A stretch of 64,000 nt of DNA. Origin: Raillietiella orientalis (Eukaryota). The stretch spans positions 1,860,001 to 1,924,000 of the forward strand of contig JAYWIR010000024.1 of NCBI GenBank assembly GCA_036172245.1, given 5' to 3'. Each line of letters opens with the position of its first letter. Position 1 is the first letter of the stretch. Shown one piece after another: positions 22,470 through 33,625 of the stretch. The position numbers were made by a program, and so were the translations under genes. The notes under the pieces are model-generated. The model ran no database searches. It was not told the origin of the DNA and was given only the letters and a program-made list of their open reading frames with translations.

Positions 22470-25400
22470 ACGCGATATGCCCAAACTGCCCCCAGGATTT
22501 GAAAAAGGCGTGATGAACGAGAGGTCGTACCTCCACGCCCGACGCTTTTCCAGGAAAGTTCGAGGAGCATCGAGCAGGGGCCGAGCGCCAAGCCTGGCAA
22601 TCCAGTTCAGCCAGCGGGCTGGACAACCAGGGTCAGGACCACTCGGACCTGAAGCAGGTGAGACGCCCCGTGCGGCGCTTCTATTCTTCCCTCTACACAG
22701 AGGCACCCTACGAATGCGAAGCTGCGGAGCGTCTGCTGCCCGAGGGGGTACCTGCGTTAAGGGAGGAGCAACAAAAAAGCCTCGAAGAGCCTCTCACGAG
22801 GGCAGAGATCATCTCCGCCATCGGAAAGTTCAAGAGGCCCAAAACACCAGGGAAGGACGGACTGCCCTCGGAATTTTATCAATGTTTTGGGACAGAACTC
22901 GTTCTTCTGGTTCATACATTGTGCACGCTGATACGCGAACGAAGCGAGGTACCCGCCCCGTTCCCTTCAGTCAGAGTACGTCTCCTCCCTTCGGGAAGAG
23001 ACCTACAAAACATCGGCAGCTGGCGCCCCATCACGGTCGTGAATGCGGACGCCAAGTTGGTTGCCAAGCTGTGGACAGAGCGACTGAGGCGGGTGGCCAA
23101 ATCCGTGATCATCCCGGAACAGGCATACGCTGTTCCCGGACGGACCGTGGGGCCAAGCTGATCCTCGAGAACTCATGGTGGCAACTTCAAGAACGGGTTG
23201 CGTCGTCAGGTCACGGGAATCCCAGATTCTCCTTTGACCAGGGAGGGAAAGGTCCACCAGAAACGTTTGGACTCCTTGCGGTCGCGGTCGATTTGCGCAA
23301 AATTTCGATTTTCACCCGGATTTCTCCGAGTCGTTTATTAAAAAAATAAACTTTGTAAACAAATTATTAATGGCTGTGGCAATGCTCCAGCCAGAAGCTA
23401 AGAACCACGGCGCCTGCCAATTCACCGGTTTCTAGACCGGTATGGTCCACCAAGGCAGCAGGGGAAAGGGGAAAAACAAAAAAAACTAAACAAAAAAAAA
23501 AAACAAAGGGTGGGAGGGAACGGGAAGGGATCACTGTTGCTGCTGGGGCCGCATCATCCCTCTCAGGATGCTGGCAAGCTCTTGTTTGTTGTGAACATCC
23601 AGGTGGGGCCATCGCGACGCCCTCCTCAGGAACTCGGAGGAGCACTGGATGGCTTCCTGATCGCTAGGTCCTCCCGTCGCCGTGCTCCAGGCGGCGACGA
23701 TCCCACGAAGGCAGCACAAGGCTGCTATCGAGGACGCTGGCCACAGGGCGTCGGCAACGAAGAAGGCTTTTAGTGCGTCCCTGGGGTTGCTGCAAGGGAT
23801 ACCGATGGCCGCGGCAAAGCGGAACCAAAGGGGCCGAAGGGCAACACAATCCACTAGGAGGTGGGGGAGGGACTCCCGTTCCCCGCACCTTACACAATTG
23901 GGATCCACCGCTCCCCAGGTCCAGTGGTGTCGACGGGCGTTGCAGGGGAGTCCCCAGTGCTGCAACAGGAATGCCGACTCTTGCCATTTTAGGGGGAGGA
24001 TGGAAGTGTTCATAAGAATCGGGGGCCACTTCAGATGTTCAATCGGAACATCCAGCAGCGCTCCCCAGCGCAGAAGTCCATTAGGAGGCGTACTCGGGGT
24101 CGCAGCATCAGTTAGCTGGCCCGTCTTCCACTCTCTCTGCTTCTTCTCCTTCCCGGAGATTTTTATTGTAACCTCCCACTTCGCCGCAACATCGCTGTCC
24201 TGATGTTCCACTAGGGAGTCCAGCGCAGCAGCGAGGGGGGTTCTTCCTGACCACGCTCTCTTCTTAGGATCCTCCAGGATCTCACGGAGCGCGCAACTTC
24301 TGTAACACCCAAACAGGAACCTTCGTTCCTGATGAGAGGGTTGCATGCCGAACTGTCCCCACGTACGAACGGTTTCCTGCAACCAGGCACTACCGTTCGC
24401 GGGGAGACAGGTGATCCATCCTTGATTTTTCCTTGCCAGCGCAGCCACCCTCCGTAGCTGAAGCCCACATCGGTTGATGCGGCTTCGATGGAGTGCAAGA
24501 AACGACGTAAGTCCCAAAATTTCGACTGCGTCGACCAGGAACTCCTTTCAAAGAACCTGGAACACATGGGTTTTCCGGGAATCTTTTTGACCTATCTGCG
24601 CTCCTACTGGCGCCATGCATTGATTGAATTTTTTTTTAGCGTCCGGTACGTGTATGGCGAGCCCTTTCGCCGTGGCGTTAAGACAGGGTGACAGTCTATG
24701 CCCCCTGCTCTTCAGCATCTACTTTGAGTTTGAGGAGATCCTAGAAACCATGCTGAGATCTTGTAAGGTCACGCCTGCCATGTTGACTTGTGCAGACGAT
24801 CTTCTGCTGCTGCTCCCCATGACCACCCCGAAATAAGTGCTTGAAGGTCTCCTCGAGTTGCTTAGCCACGGGACTGGACTTAATGTGAACAGGTCGAAGT
24901 CGTCCATAGTGCCGACTCGCTCGACATAAGCCGGACGGTCGGATTGGGTTCTCTTGGGGATACCCACGGTCTGATACTTCAAGTACCTCGGCGTTCCGTT
25001 AAGCGACTTCTGCTCTGCAGAAGCGTGTTCCGGTCGTCTTTAGAAAGTAGAAAGGTCGCTCGGCATGTTTCGGGACGGCAAGTTTTAGTTGACGGAATGG
25101 GCTGCGGTTTGGAAGGTGTTCGTGGCCCTCCCCCTTGCTTTTTGTTTTCCCCGTCCCAGCAGCAATTCGCAAAAGGACCGAAGACTCCAGTAAAGTCCTG
25201 TGGGGAGCAAGGAGGCCCAGAGTCCTTAAAAGACCTCTGTGCTCCGCATAGGGACGGTGGACTGGGTCTCCTTACGCTTAAGCGAATGGAGCGACAGCTC
25301 CGATTTCGCAGATTCGCCCTTGCGTTCAAACTCTGGACCACTCCTTGATGTGCTCCGGCAAGAATCCTTGCCAAACAGGCAACCGGCTGCGAAGGACTGA

Positions 25401-26616
25401 CTTCGGTCGTCGTGGCCACCGAGCGAAGTCTGGGCCATCTTGGCCCTCAGCTCCGACACATGGTTGCCTTTGTGCAGAAGAACTGGATCTCCGTCCTCCC
25501 CGCTGACTGAACAATCTGGACAAGAATCAACGGCACGAGTGAGAGGGAGTGCGCCTGACTACGAAACAGCAGATACTCCCGCCAGCCGCTGAAAGAGCTC
25601 CTGAGGAACACCAACGATCCTCTGTGGGCTTCGTTCATCTCCCTCGACCCAGTGCTGCCCTTTCTAAGGAGAGCAATGGAAAGCCAACTGCCAGCGAGGT
25701 AGGAAGTGACCTACGTGATAGGGAGCAAGAAAAAACATCTGGATGTGTCGACACCTCGGGAGCTGTAGGACGCCACGACCCCGAGTGTCCCACCAAAAGG
25801 ACTGCTACTCTGGGGGAAGCTGCTAGAAATTCCTCCGGAGGAGGCACAGTGATCCCTTGTGTGTTGGAACAGTGTCACACTCCCCCTAGGGTGGCGGCAG
25901 CCGGCACTGATGCTGCTGCACTGAGGCCTCCCGTGCAACGCCCACTGGCATCTATTTACACGAGGAAAAAAGGGGGGACCCAAACTGTGCAAGGTGCGGG
26001 GAGCAGGAATCCCTCCCACACCTCCTGTGGCTGCGGTTTCTCCTGTTTGCGCAGGAGCAGTACTAAAATCGCAGTGGACTGTGTTGCCCTCCGTTCCCTT
26101 GAGGGACTCTGCTGCAACTCTTGGAACCCCCGGCAGCAACGCCAGAGACGTTTCGAAGCGCCTCTTCCTGCGCGACGTCCTCACGCCGGCCGCATCCCTA
26201 GCAGCACTACCCTGTCCACGCGGCGGGACCGTGGCTTCATGGAGCAACGCCAGAGGAGGCCGAAACGACAGAGACGCCATCCATTTTGCTGTACTCTTCA
26301 TGAGGATAACGTCAAAATGGTCTCATCTGGGAGTCATGAAGCAGGAACTTGCCGGCATCCTTACAAGGATGCGGAGGTTACCCTCCAGCACACAGTGATC
26401 CTTTCCCGAAACTCCCCATTTTTTGACTGTATGTTTTTTGTTTTATTTTATTTTTTATTTTTGTTGTTCCCCCCTTCTCCTGTGCTGCCGAGGGGAACCC
26501 CGCTGGCCTGCACGGCGGTTCTCAGAAGGTTCTTTCTGTACATTTTGTAACGTGGCAGGATCACGCATCTTGCCACTGGCGTCCAAGTTTTATTTTTAAT
26601 AAATAGACGCCCCGGG
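22470..26616 (+). mobile_element. Tx1 LINE ORF2 (linker-RT-zinc finger) and 3' UTR, degenerate, interrupted at 23309-24514
   Basis: KTPGKDGLPSEFY, WRPITVVNADAK, IIPEQAYAVPGR, VDLRKNF|DCVDQELL, LRQGDSLCPLLF, CADD, RDGGLGL; ends AATAAATAGACGCCCCGGG. Confidence 0.9.
23309..24514 (-). mobile_element. 5'-truncated Tx1 LINE inserted antisense into RT motif A, 11-bp TSD
   Basis: Perfect TSD CAAAATTTCGA (23298-23308 / 24515-24525); intact 328-codon ORF2 C-terminus with CVRCGERESLPHLLVDC, suggesting a younger insertion. Confidence 0.93.
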
Positions 26617-26853
26617 ACGATCAGATATCAAGACCCCAGAGCGCAGCTCTTTCTATTTCTCTGAGGGGATGGAAGGTGCTGCCAGAGCAGAGGAGCCATC
26701 GCCATGGACGCCCGAAGAGCACGCTGAAGGTGTGATCCCAACTTGGCGACGGTCACCTAATCCCTCGATGGAACGAAATCCCACGCGCCCGAGAATGCAT
26801 CTCTGCGAAACCCCGTTGCGGGTGAATTCGCAGTCCGACCAGCGGTGGGACGA
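26617..26853 (+). mobile_element. Displaced upstream segment of the sequence continuing at 32742 (minus), probably part of the NeSL-like element
   Basis: Ends in GACCAGCGGTGGGACGA (DQRWD), the partner of the reverse complement of 32743-32759. Confidence 0.5.
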
Positions 26854-27777
26854 GGTGCGAGCAGCATCGGAGTTAGGAAGAAACTTCTGTGCACGTGGAC
26901 AACTCAGCAGCTCACGTCGCCTCTGCGACCCCGAGTGTCCCGCCGAAAGGACTTGTACGCTGGGGAGAGCTGCTCCACATTCCTCCGGAGGAGGTGAAGC
27001 GACCCCCAGAGCTCTGGAACTGTGGAGCCCTCCGCTCGAGTGGCAGGAGTTGGCATTGCTGGTGGTGCATGAGAGAATCCCGTTCAAAGAGCACCTTCAC
27101 CACTGGACACGAGGGAGCGTGGACTCTCAGTGCGGCAGATGCGGGAAGAAGGAGACTCTTCCGCACCTGCTGGTGGACTGTGCCGTCTGTCCTTCGACCC
27201 CTCTGAGATCGCCTCGTGACGATCCTAGGTATCTAAGAACTTAGAATGGGCAGGCCCAGGGACATTTTCAGACGCCTCTTTGTGCGTGGTGCCGCAATGC
27301 CGCCAGCCGTGTCCCTCGCAGTTCTCTGCCGTGTTCGTGGAATCACGACGGCAGCCTGGAACGCGGGAAGGAGTGGCAGCGACGCCATTCACTGGGCGCG
27401 GATCTTCCAGAGGAGCGCCTCGAGATGGCCTCACTCGGGAGAGACAAAACGGACAAAACTTGCCAGCATTCTGAGCAGGAGGCTGAGGACGTCTCTCAGC
27501 GACACGTGACTTCATACTCGGTCTCCTCTCCAATGAAACTTTTCCTCCCGTTTTTCCTTTTTGTTTGTCTGTTTGTTCTATTCCACCCCCCCTTCTCTTT
27601 TCCCAGTTTTCCGTTCCCTGTCGCTAGGGAAAAACGGACCTCGCAGGTCTACGTACCGGTCGTGGCAAGTTGCGTGCACGTGGTGAAGCCAAGTGTTTCA
27701 ACACAACTCAACATTTTCACGGGACTTTCATCATTATTTTGCTTACCAATAAACGCCGCGGCAAAACCGGGTGGAAA
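26854..27777 (+). mobile_element. 5'-truncated Tx1 LINE 3' fragment; left arm of an inverted pair
   Basis: CGRCGKKETLPHLLVDC; 26911-27777 nearly identical to the reverse complement of 32760-33625. Confidence 0.9.
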
Positions 27778-28642
27778 ACATGCCCTCTTTAATCGTTCCT
27801 CAGAACCGAGGAGTAGCCGAGAAGGGGGCCGCTCCTCCGGGTGCTGTCGCTTATTTCCAGTCGCCGAGAGCAACATCCTCGCCTCTACCCCTCACTCGCT
27901 CCATGAAGACACGACTCCTTGATGGAACGAGTCCAGAAGGCTGCCAGCGACCCCAACCAGGTGTCCATTCTGCAGAGGACTCCTTGTCGAGGTGTGACCT
28001 GGTACTGCGAAAGGAGGAAAGGGCTTACCATCTGGAGTCTGCTTCCCTTTGAAAAATACGATAGCGGTCTCCAGAAAAACTCGGGATGAAGTGAAGGTCA
28101 AACGTCTCGAGACGGCTCTCCTCTGTCCTCTGGCGGTCTTGAAGCCACGGTAAAGGCTGAGGCGATCGATTTTCTTATTAGCCTGTGGGGTTCATGTGGT
28201 GATGACTTGTATTTTTACAGACAGAGCTTTGGGTCTTTGAGCTTCTTTCCAGTGGATGGTTGATGGAGGATGTGTTTGCCATATCAGCGGCACTGCGGAC
28301 GGGCACGCTCCGACTTCGAAAGAGTGCCACCCGAGTGGTGGTTCCGTGGGAGGGTCACTTGTCTTCATCATGGAGCTCTTACGAGGGTTAGGCTGTAGCT
28401 GTTGTGCCGCCCGCGTGAGGGACGCTGGGGTAGGTATGGAGTCGCTGGAGCGCTCCGTGCAGGTCATGGGTTCGCAAGAACTTCTGGATCCTACCACGGA
28501 TTGGGACAGGTGGCCGTTTGAGCCTACTCGAAGCTGCTAAATAACTCGACTGACCTCGTGACAGCCCTCGTAGACCGAACAAGAGATCCCACCTGGAAAA
28601 GAAAGCCGGAACAAGAAAGTGATGGCTCACCGTTTTAAAACA

Positions 28643-28995
28643 CAGTGGTACCTCGGTACTCGTTGATCATTCGTTCCGGAACCCATGACGAGGGTCGAAA
28701 CCGCCAAGTACCGAACGGGTTCCTTTCTAGGCTTCGTGGTATCAATTTTCACCATTTTAGGAGCCATGAGCAGCGCTTAAAATGCACAAAAGGGGAACGA
28801 CGCGGGAGGCACTCTATGGAAGTGTTCGGCATTGTTCTTGAGACACCGTGAGACGAAAGCGTTCACTCGTTTCATCATGAGTGGGGTGTCGAGTTCCGAG
28901 CATGCGCCGAGTGTGGAAACATGTTTTTTGCGTCAAAATGCGACGATGACTGAGTTTGACGAGTTCCGACACCGTCGAGTACCGAGGTACCACTG
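28643..28995. mobile_element. Tigger/pogo-like MITE (353 bp)
   Basis: Perfect 20-bp TIRs CAGTGGTACCTCGGTACTCG / CGAGTACCGAGGTACCACTG; TA on the right, CA (mutated TA?) on the left; no transposase ORF. Confidence 0.85.
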
Positions 28996-29101
28996 TAGTG
29001 CCTAGGAGTAAAGGAACTGTGGGATGAGAAACTGGCCTCAGTGATCCCTTGCTTCCTTCCCGTTCCATGGGAGACGGCGCAATGGATACACCAAAGGAAG
29101 C

Positions 29102-29830
29102 CTAGGATGAAGGAAGATTCGACGCTGAGAATCGCTCGCCACCATTGGCAACCTCCATTGAGTGCGACCGTTTCGCCATACCCAACAAATCAAAGGAAGA
29201 TTCGCCCGCAGGACGCGCGTATTTTGGAAGAACCAAAACAACTACGCGTGGTCTAAGATAATGAAGAAAGGCCTCCGGGAACTCTTTCCTGCAAAAAACG
29301 AAAACCAGGATGCTGCTTACTACGGCTGCCAGCCACCACGGGATCCGAAACGTGAAACTGAGGGCGGTCAGAGGGACACCGCGGGGGAGCGACCCACCGC
29401 CGGACACTCAGGATGCTTCCTGATGTTTTGCCAGGGAGGAACACTTCATGGCTTGAGAGTGGACAGGCAACAGCCGAGATAAGTTCTACAAGGCATGTGG
29501 AGTCAGGGAAACCCAGCTCCAGGTTCTCACCCGCTCGACGCTGAGCCAGAATCGGGCGATGCTGAAGACCGTGACGGGACCGCAGACGACTACGAAGATG
29601 GGGATAATGGCGGGAATGTTCGAAAGGAACGGGAACGTTCCTTGACACAGTCCCACGGTCCGCACTTCCATCTCCCTCTTTATTACCAGCATGACGATAA
29701 GAAGGGCGAGAATGCAGAACACCTGAGCGAAAGTGCCTGCTGCTGCCATTTTTACAAGGAGTATTCCAGAGGGAAATAGGCATCAGGAATTGCGGCAGAG
29801 TACTCGCCTGGCAGAGTACATCCAACACAT
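29102..29830 (-). pseudogene. Possible remnant of a multi-pass (7TM/GPCR-like) membrane protein gene
   Basis: Hydrophobic segments FCILALLIVMLVI, IPAIIPIFVVVCGPVTVFSI and WLAAVVSSILVFVFCRKEFPEAF in one frame broken by stops. Confidence 0.3.
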
Positions 29831-29834
29831 ACTG

Positions 29835-32742
29835 TCTTTAATACTTTAAAAGATACAGGGTTCCCCCTTTGGAAGGAGCTCGTATACAAGATGAACGGAA
29901 ACAAGACTAATATTGCCTATTCACGGCATCCATAGCATCATTTGCGAGTTCCATCCCGCCCTCAGCATCCTGCTCAGGGTTTTGTGAATGCTCAGGGGAT
30001 GAATGTTCCGAGATGCTGGATCTCATTTGATGCGACGTCACCCATGATCGTGGGATGCTTTCGTCCGTTGATCTTGGGAGTCGCACTAGATGTAGCTCTT
30101 GAGAAGGTCTCTTCGAAGAAGCTGGGGTGGGGTTCTGGTATTCCACGGCGGCTCCTCCGTTTTCATAGGGCCGCGGGAGGCAAACAGGAAGCGGCATGGC
30201 TTGTGGAGGTTTTCACTTTTCGAGGGATTTCACTAGTGAGTGGAGGGTCGGATTCTTCAGGGCGATCCTCACTAGCTGCATCCTCGTATCAGCTAGTGTT
30301 GTTATCTTCCACGCCGTGTTCCTCAGCACACGATTCGGCGTTGTTGACTCAAGATGTTCTGGAACATAGTGAGGGAACGGGGCTGCGAACCGTATGTACA
30401 GACGGCACAAGTGGAACACCGAGCGTGGGGTTGGGGTTAGGGCTAGCCGGGCGGGGAGGGTCGAGGTTTGCTAGGCAGGGAAACGCATCCAGAGCCTCGG
30501 TGGACGGTTGGTACTCGATGTGTTTCGCGTAGATGTCTCAGGATGCTCTTATGACGGCCGAGATCGTTCTGTCCCTGAGGGCTTTCGCGTGCGGCTTGGG
30601 TATGCCAAATCTGGCAAGGCCTTCATCCTTCCTTGAGTTCCAGGCTCCCAGTGTGCCGATGATGAATGCATCAACGTAGACCGTCCTGCCGTCTTGCGGA
30701 AATACTTGGCAATCTGAACATACTTTTTGACTTTTTCTGCCCGCGCAACTCTGAAGGAGTCCCGACGGTTCTCAAAGGGAATGGCCACATCGATAATGGA
30801 AGCCTGGTCACAGACAACAGGGTCGGGTCAAAGGGAGGAGTTTAAATCGCCCACTTGTTGGTCGGTTCGAAGTCTGAACCAGTAAGGGCGCGAGGCTTCG
30901 GCGAATTGCCAAGGTGGTATTGGCAGTGGGCGAGTAAGTGGCAGAGAGATTCCTTGAGCCAGATGCATCTTCCGCATCTCTCAAAGAAACCGGGCGCTTC
31001 ATGTTTCCATTGAGGGGCAGCAAAACTCAGCCGCTCTCGGTGGATGAATCTCTAATCTGAAAGACAGAGAGACTCACATCATCTCTGCAGAAAGCTGTTG
31101 GAGGCAGGATGCAGGGAGACACTCCATGATTGGACCCTGATCAGGCTTGCTGAGCAGAGCCGATGTTCTGCCCATCCGCTGCATCGAGCGGATCGTTCTG
31201 GCCGCTTGCCAACGCTAATAGGAGGTGATTCGCTTGCCAGAAATCGAAATGTCAATGGAGTCATCCTGGGCGGACAAGGACAGAGGCTTGCCTCACTGCT
31301 GACCAGAAGCTCTTTGGATTGAGAGAAGGCATTAAAAGGGGGGTCACAGTCACCATTCAGGAAGCGAGCAATGGTAGTGTTCGTTAGGAGAGAGAGGGAT
31401 TTGCGCCTCACCACTTCACCCAATGAATTGCGCGCGAATTCACGCACCATTGGCAAAGGACAAGAGCTTGAAAGCGGAGTCCACGCACATGATGGAGCTC
31501 ACTTCCTGGAGAACGGGACATCCCATGCCTCCAGCAGGAGCAGCTATATGAAGGTACTCTGCGGAAGCGGCTTGAGGAAGGGTAAGAACCTGAGGTTTCA
31601 GTGCATTCTTAATGATGTCCATCCGCTTCCAAAGGCTGAGGAGCTTGAGGTGCAATCGAAGAGAGCGGATGGGGGAAGGAAAAAAGAAGACCTTGAGGGC
31701 ATCTAATTTCTGCCAAGAGGTCAGCGAAGAGTCTGAGGAATTCACTCTTTTCCAGCATCCGGTCTCGGGGAATCGAACCCTACTGGTTTGCCCAGTTACT
31801 CGTACGTTTCATGGTCCTGGAGTGCTGGGACGGGGGCTTCCCCAATGCAGAACTGCTTAGGTCTTGTGCCAGTGGGAACGCGATGTGATATGCGAAGGGA
31901 GCCGCACTTATTGGGGTTGATCGAAAGGCCACATCTTTTAAACGTCTTCGTCATACAGTCCATCTCATCCTACAGGTGGACTGTTGAAGGGGAAAGGAGG
32001 ACTACGTCATCGTTATATGCTGGGTATGAGGCATCGGGACAAATACTGTTCAGCCTGCGCAGTATAGGTTCCAGCGCGAGGTTGAAGAGAAGGCCACTCA
32101 GCGGGCACCCTTGCGCAGCTCTGCACCAGGCTCGATGTGCCCCGTTTTGTCCGAAAGCACGTCGATGAACCAGCATAGACATCCTTGATGATGCCACAAA
32201 AGTCATCCCCTGTTCCGAAGTGCCTTCGTGTTTGCAGGAGGCATTCGTGTAGTATGGATGCGAATGCATCCTTAAAGTCGATCCAAGCGATGCATACGTT
32301 GCGCTTACGCCTTCTGCAGTTTTCTGGATGCTCCGCAAGAACGAAGTTATGTTCGAGAGCGCGGTCGGAGGAGAGGAATCCTCTCTGACGGGGATTGATG
32401 ATTCCATTGCGGAGGATCCAGTTAATTAGTCGTCCCACCAAGCACTTGGCGACGAGCTTGCCCAGCACCATGGGCTGTCGATCGCCACCGCCTAATTCGT
32501 TCTCACCCGCAAGGTTGTGCTTCAGGATAAGATTCGATCTTAGCCAAGAGGCCTTGAAGAAGATGGCGGAAGAGTGAGTGGAATGTCCACCAATTCCTAA
32601 AGACTCCTCCCGTCCCAGAGGAAAGTTGAACGCGAACCACAGCTGGTGCACTTAGTGCCGGCAGCTTTCTGTGCAGAACACTCAACAGAGTGTCCGCAAA
32701 CACGTGTGATTGTTAGAATGGTTTGCAAGTCATACAATAAAT
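29835..32742 (-). mobile_element. RLE-type non-LTR retrotransposon (NeSL/Utopia-like), degenerate
   Basis: RT: QRGFL..EHNFVL, AWIDFKDAF, QGCPLSGLLFNL, AYNDD; C-terminus: RFIHRERL..LPLNG, RCGRC..ESLCHLLAHC, IIDVAIPFENR..ARAEKVKKY, IIGTLGAW, DIYAKH. Confidence 0.88.
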
Positions 32743-32759
32743 TCATCCCAACGCTGGTC

Positions 32760-33625
32760 TTCCACCCGGTTTTTCCGGGGCGTTTATTGGTAAACAAAAT
32801 AATGATGAAAGTCCCGTGAAAATGTTGAATTGTGTTGAAACACTTGGCTTCACCACGTGCACGCAACTTGCCACGACCGGTACGTAGACCTGCGAGGTCC
32901 GTTTTTTCTTAGCGACAGGGAACGGAAAACTGGGAAAAGAGAAGGGGGGATGGGGTAGAACAAACAGACAAACAAAAAGGAAAAACGGGAGGTAAAGTTT
33001 CATTGGAGAGGAGACCGAGTATGAAGTCACGTGTCTCTGAGAGACGTCCTCAGCCTCTTGCTCAGAATGCTGGCAAGTTTTGTCCGTTTTGTCTCTCCCG
33101 AGTGAGGCCATCTCGAGGCGCTCCTCTGGAAGATCCGCGCCCAGTGAATGGCGTCGCTGCCACTCCTTCCCGCGTTCCAGGCTGCCGTCGTGATTCCACG
33201 AACACGGCAGAGAACTGCGAGGGACACGGCTGGCGGCATTGCGGCACCACGCACAAAGAGGCGTCTGAAAATGTCCCTGGGCCTGCCCATTCTAAGTTCT
33301 TAGATACCTAGGATCGTCACGAGGCGATCTCAGAGGGGTCGAAGGACAGACGGCACAGTCCACCAGCAGGTGCGGAAGAGTCTCCTTCTTCCCGCATCTG
33401 CCGCACTGAGAGTCCACGCTCCCTCGTGTCCAGTGGTGAAGGTGCTCTTTGAACGGGATTCTCTCATGCACCACCAGCAATGCCAACTCCTGCCACTCGA
33501 GCGGAGGGCTCCACAGTTCCAGAGCTCTGGGGGTCGCTTCACCTCCTCCGGAGGAATGTGGAGCAGCTCTCCCCAGCGTACAAGTCCTTTCGGCGGGACA
33601 CTCGGGGTCGCAAAGGCGACGTGAG
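32760..33625 (-). mobile_element. 5'-truncated Tx1 LINE 3' fragment; right arm of the inverted pair
   Basis: Near-identical inverted copy of 26911-27777, including the same frameshifts. Confidence 0.9.

Noticed and set aside
22440..22500. Twin-priming inversion at the head-to-head junction
   Set aside because: Both flanking pieces have their own 3' ends and overlapping but divergent RT sequence, so they are separate elements.
29780..29900. U2 snRNA or spliced-leader target beside the RLE element
   Set aside because: No recognisable U2 or SL sequence.
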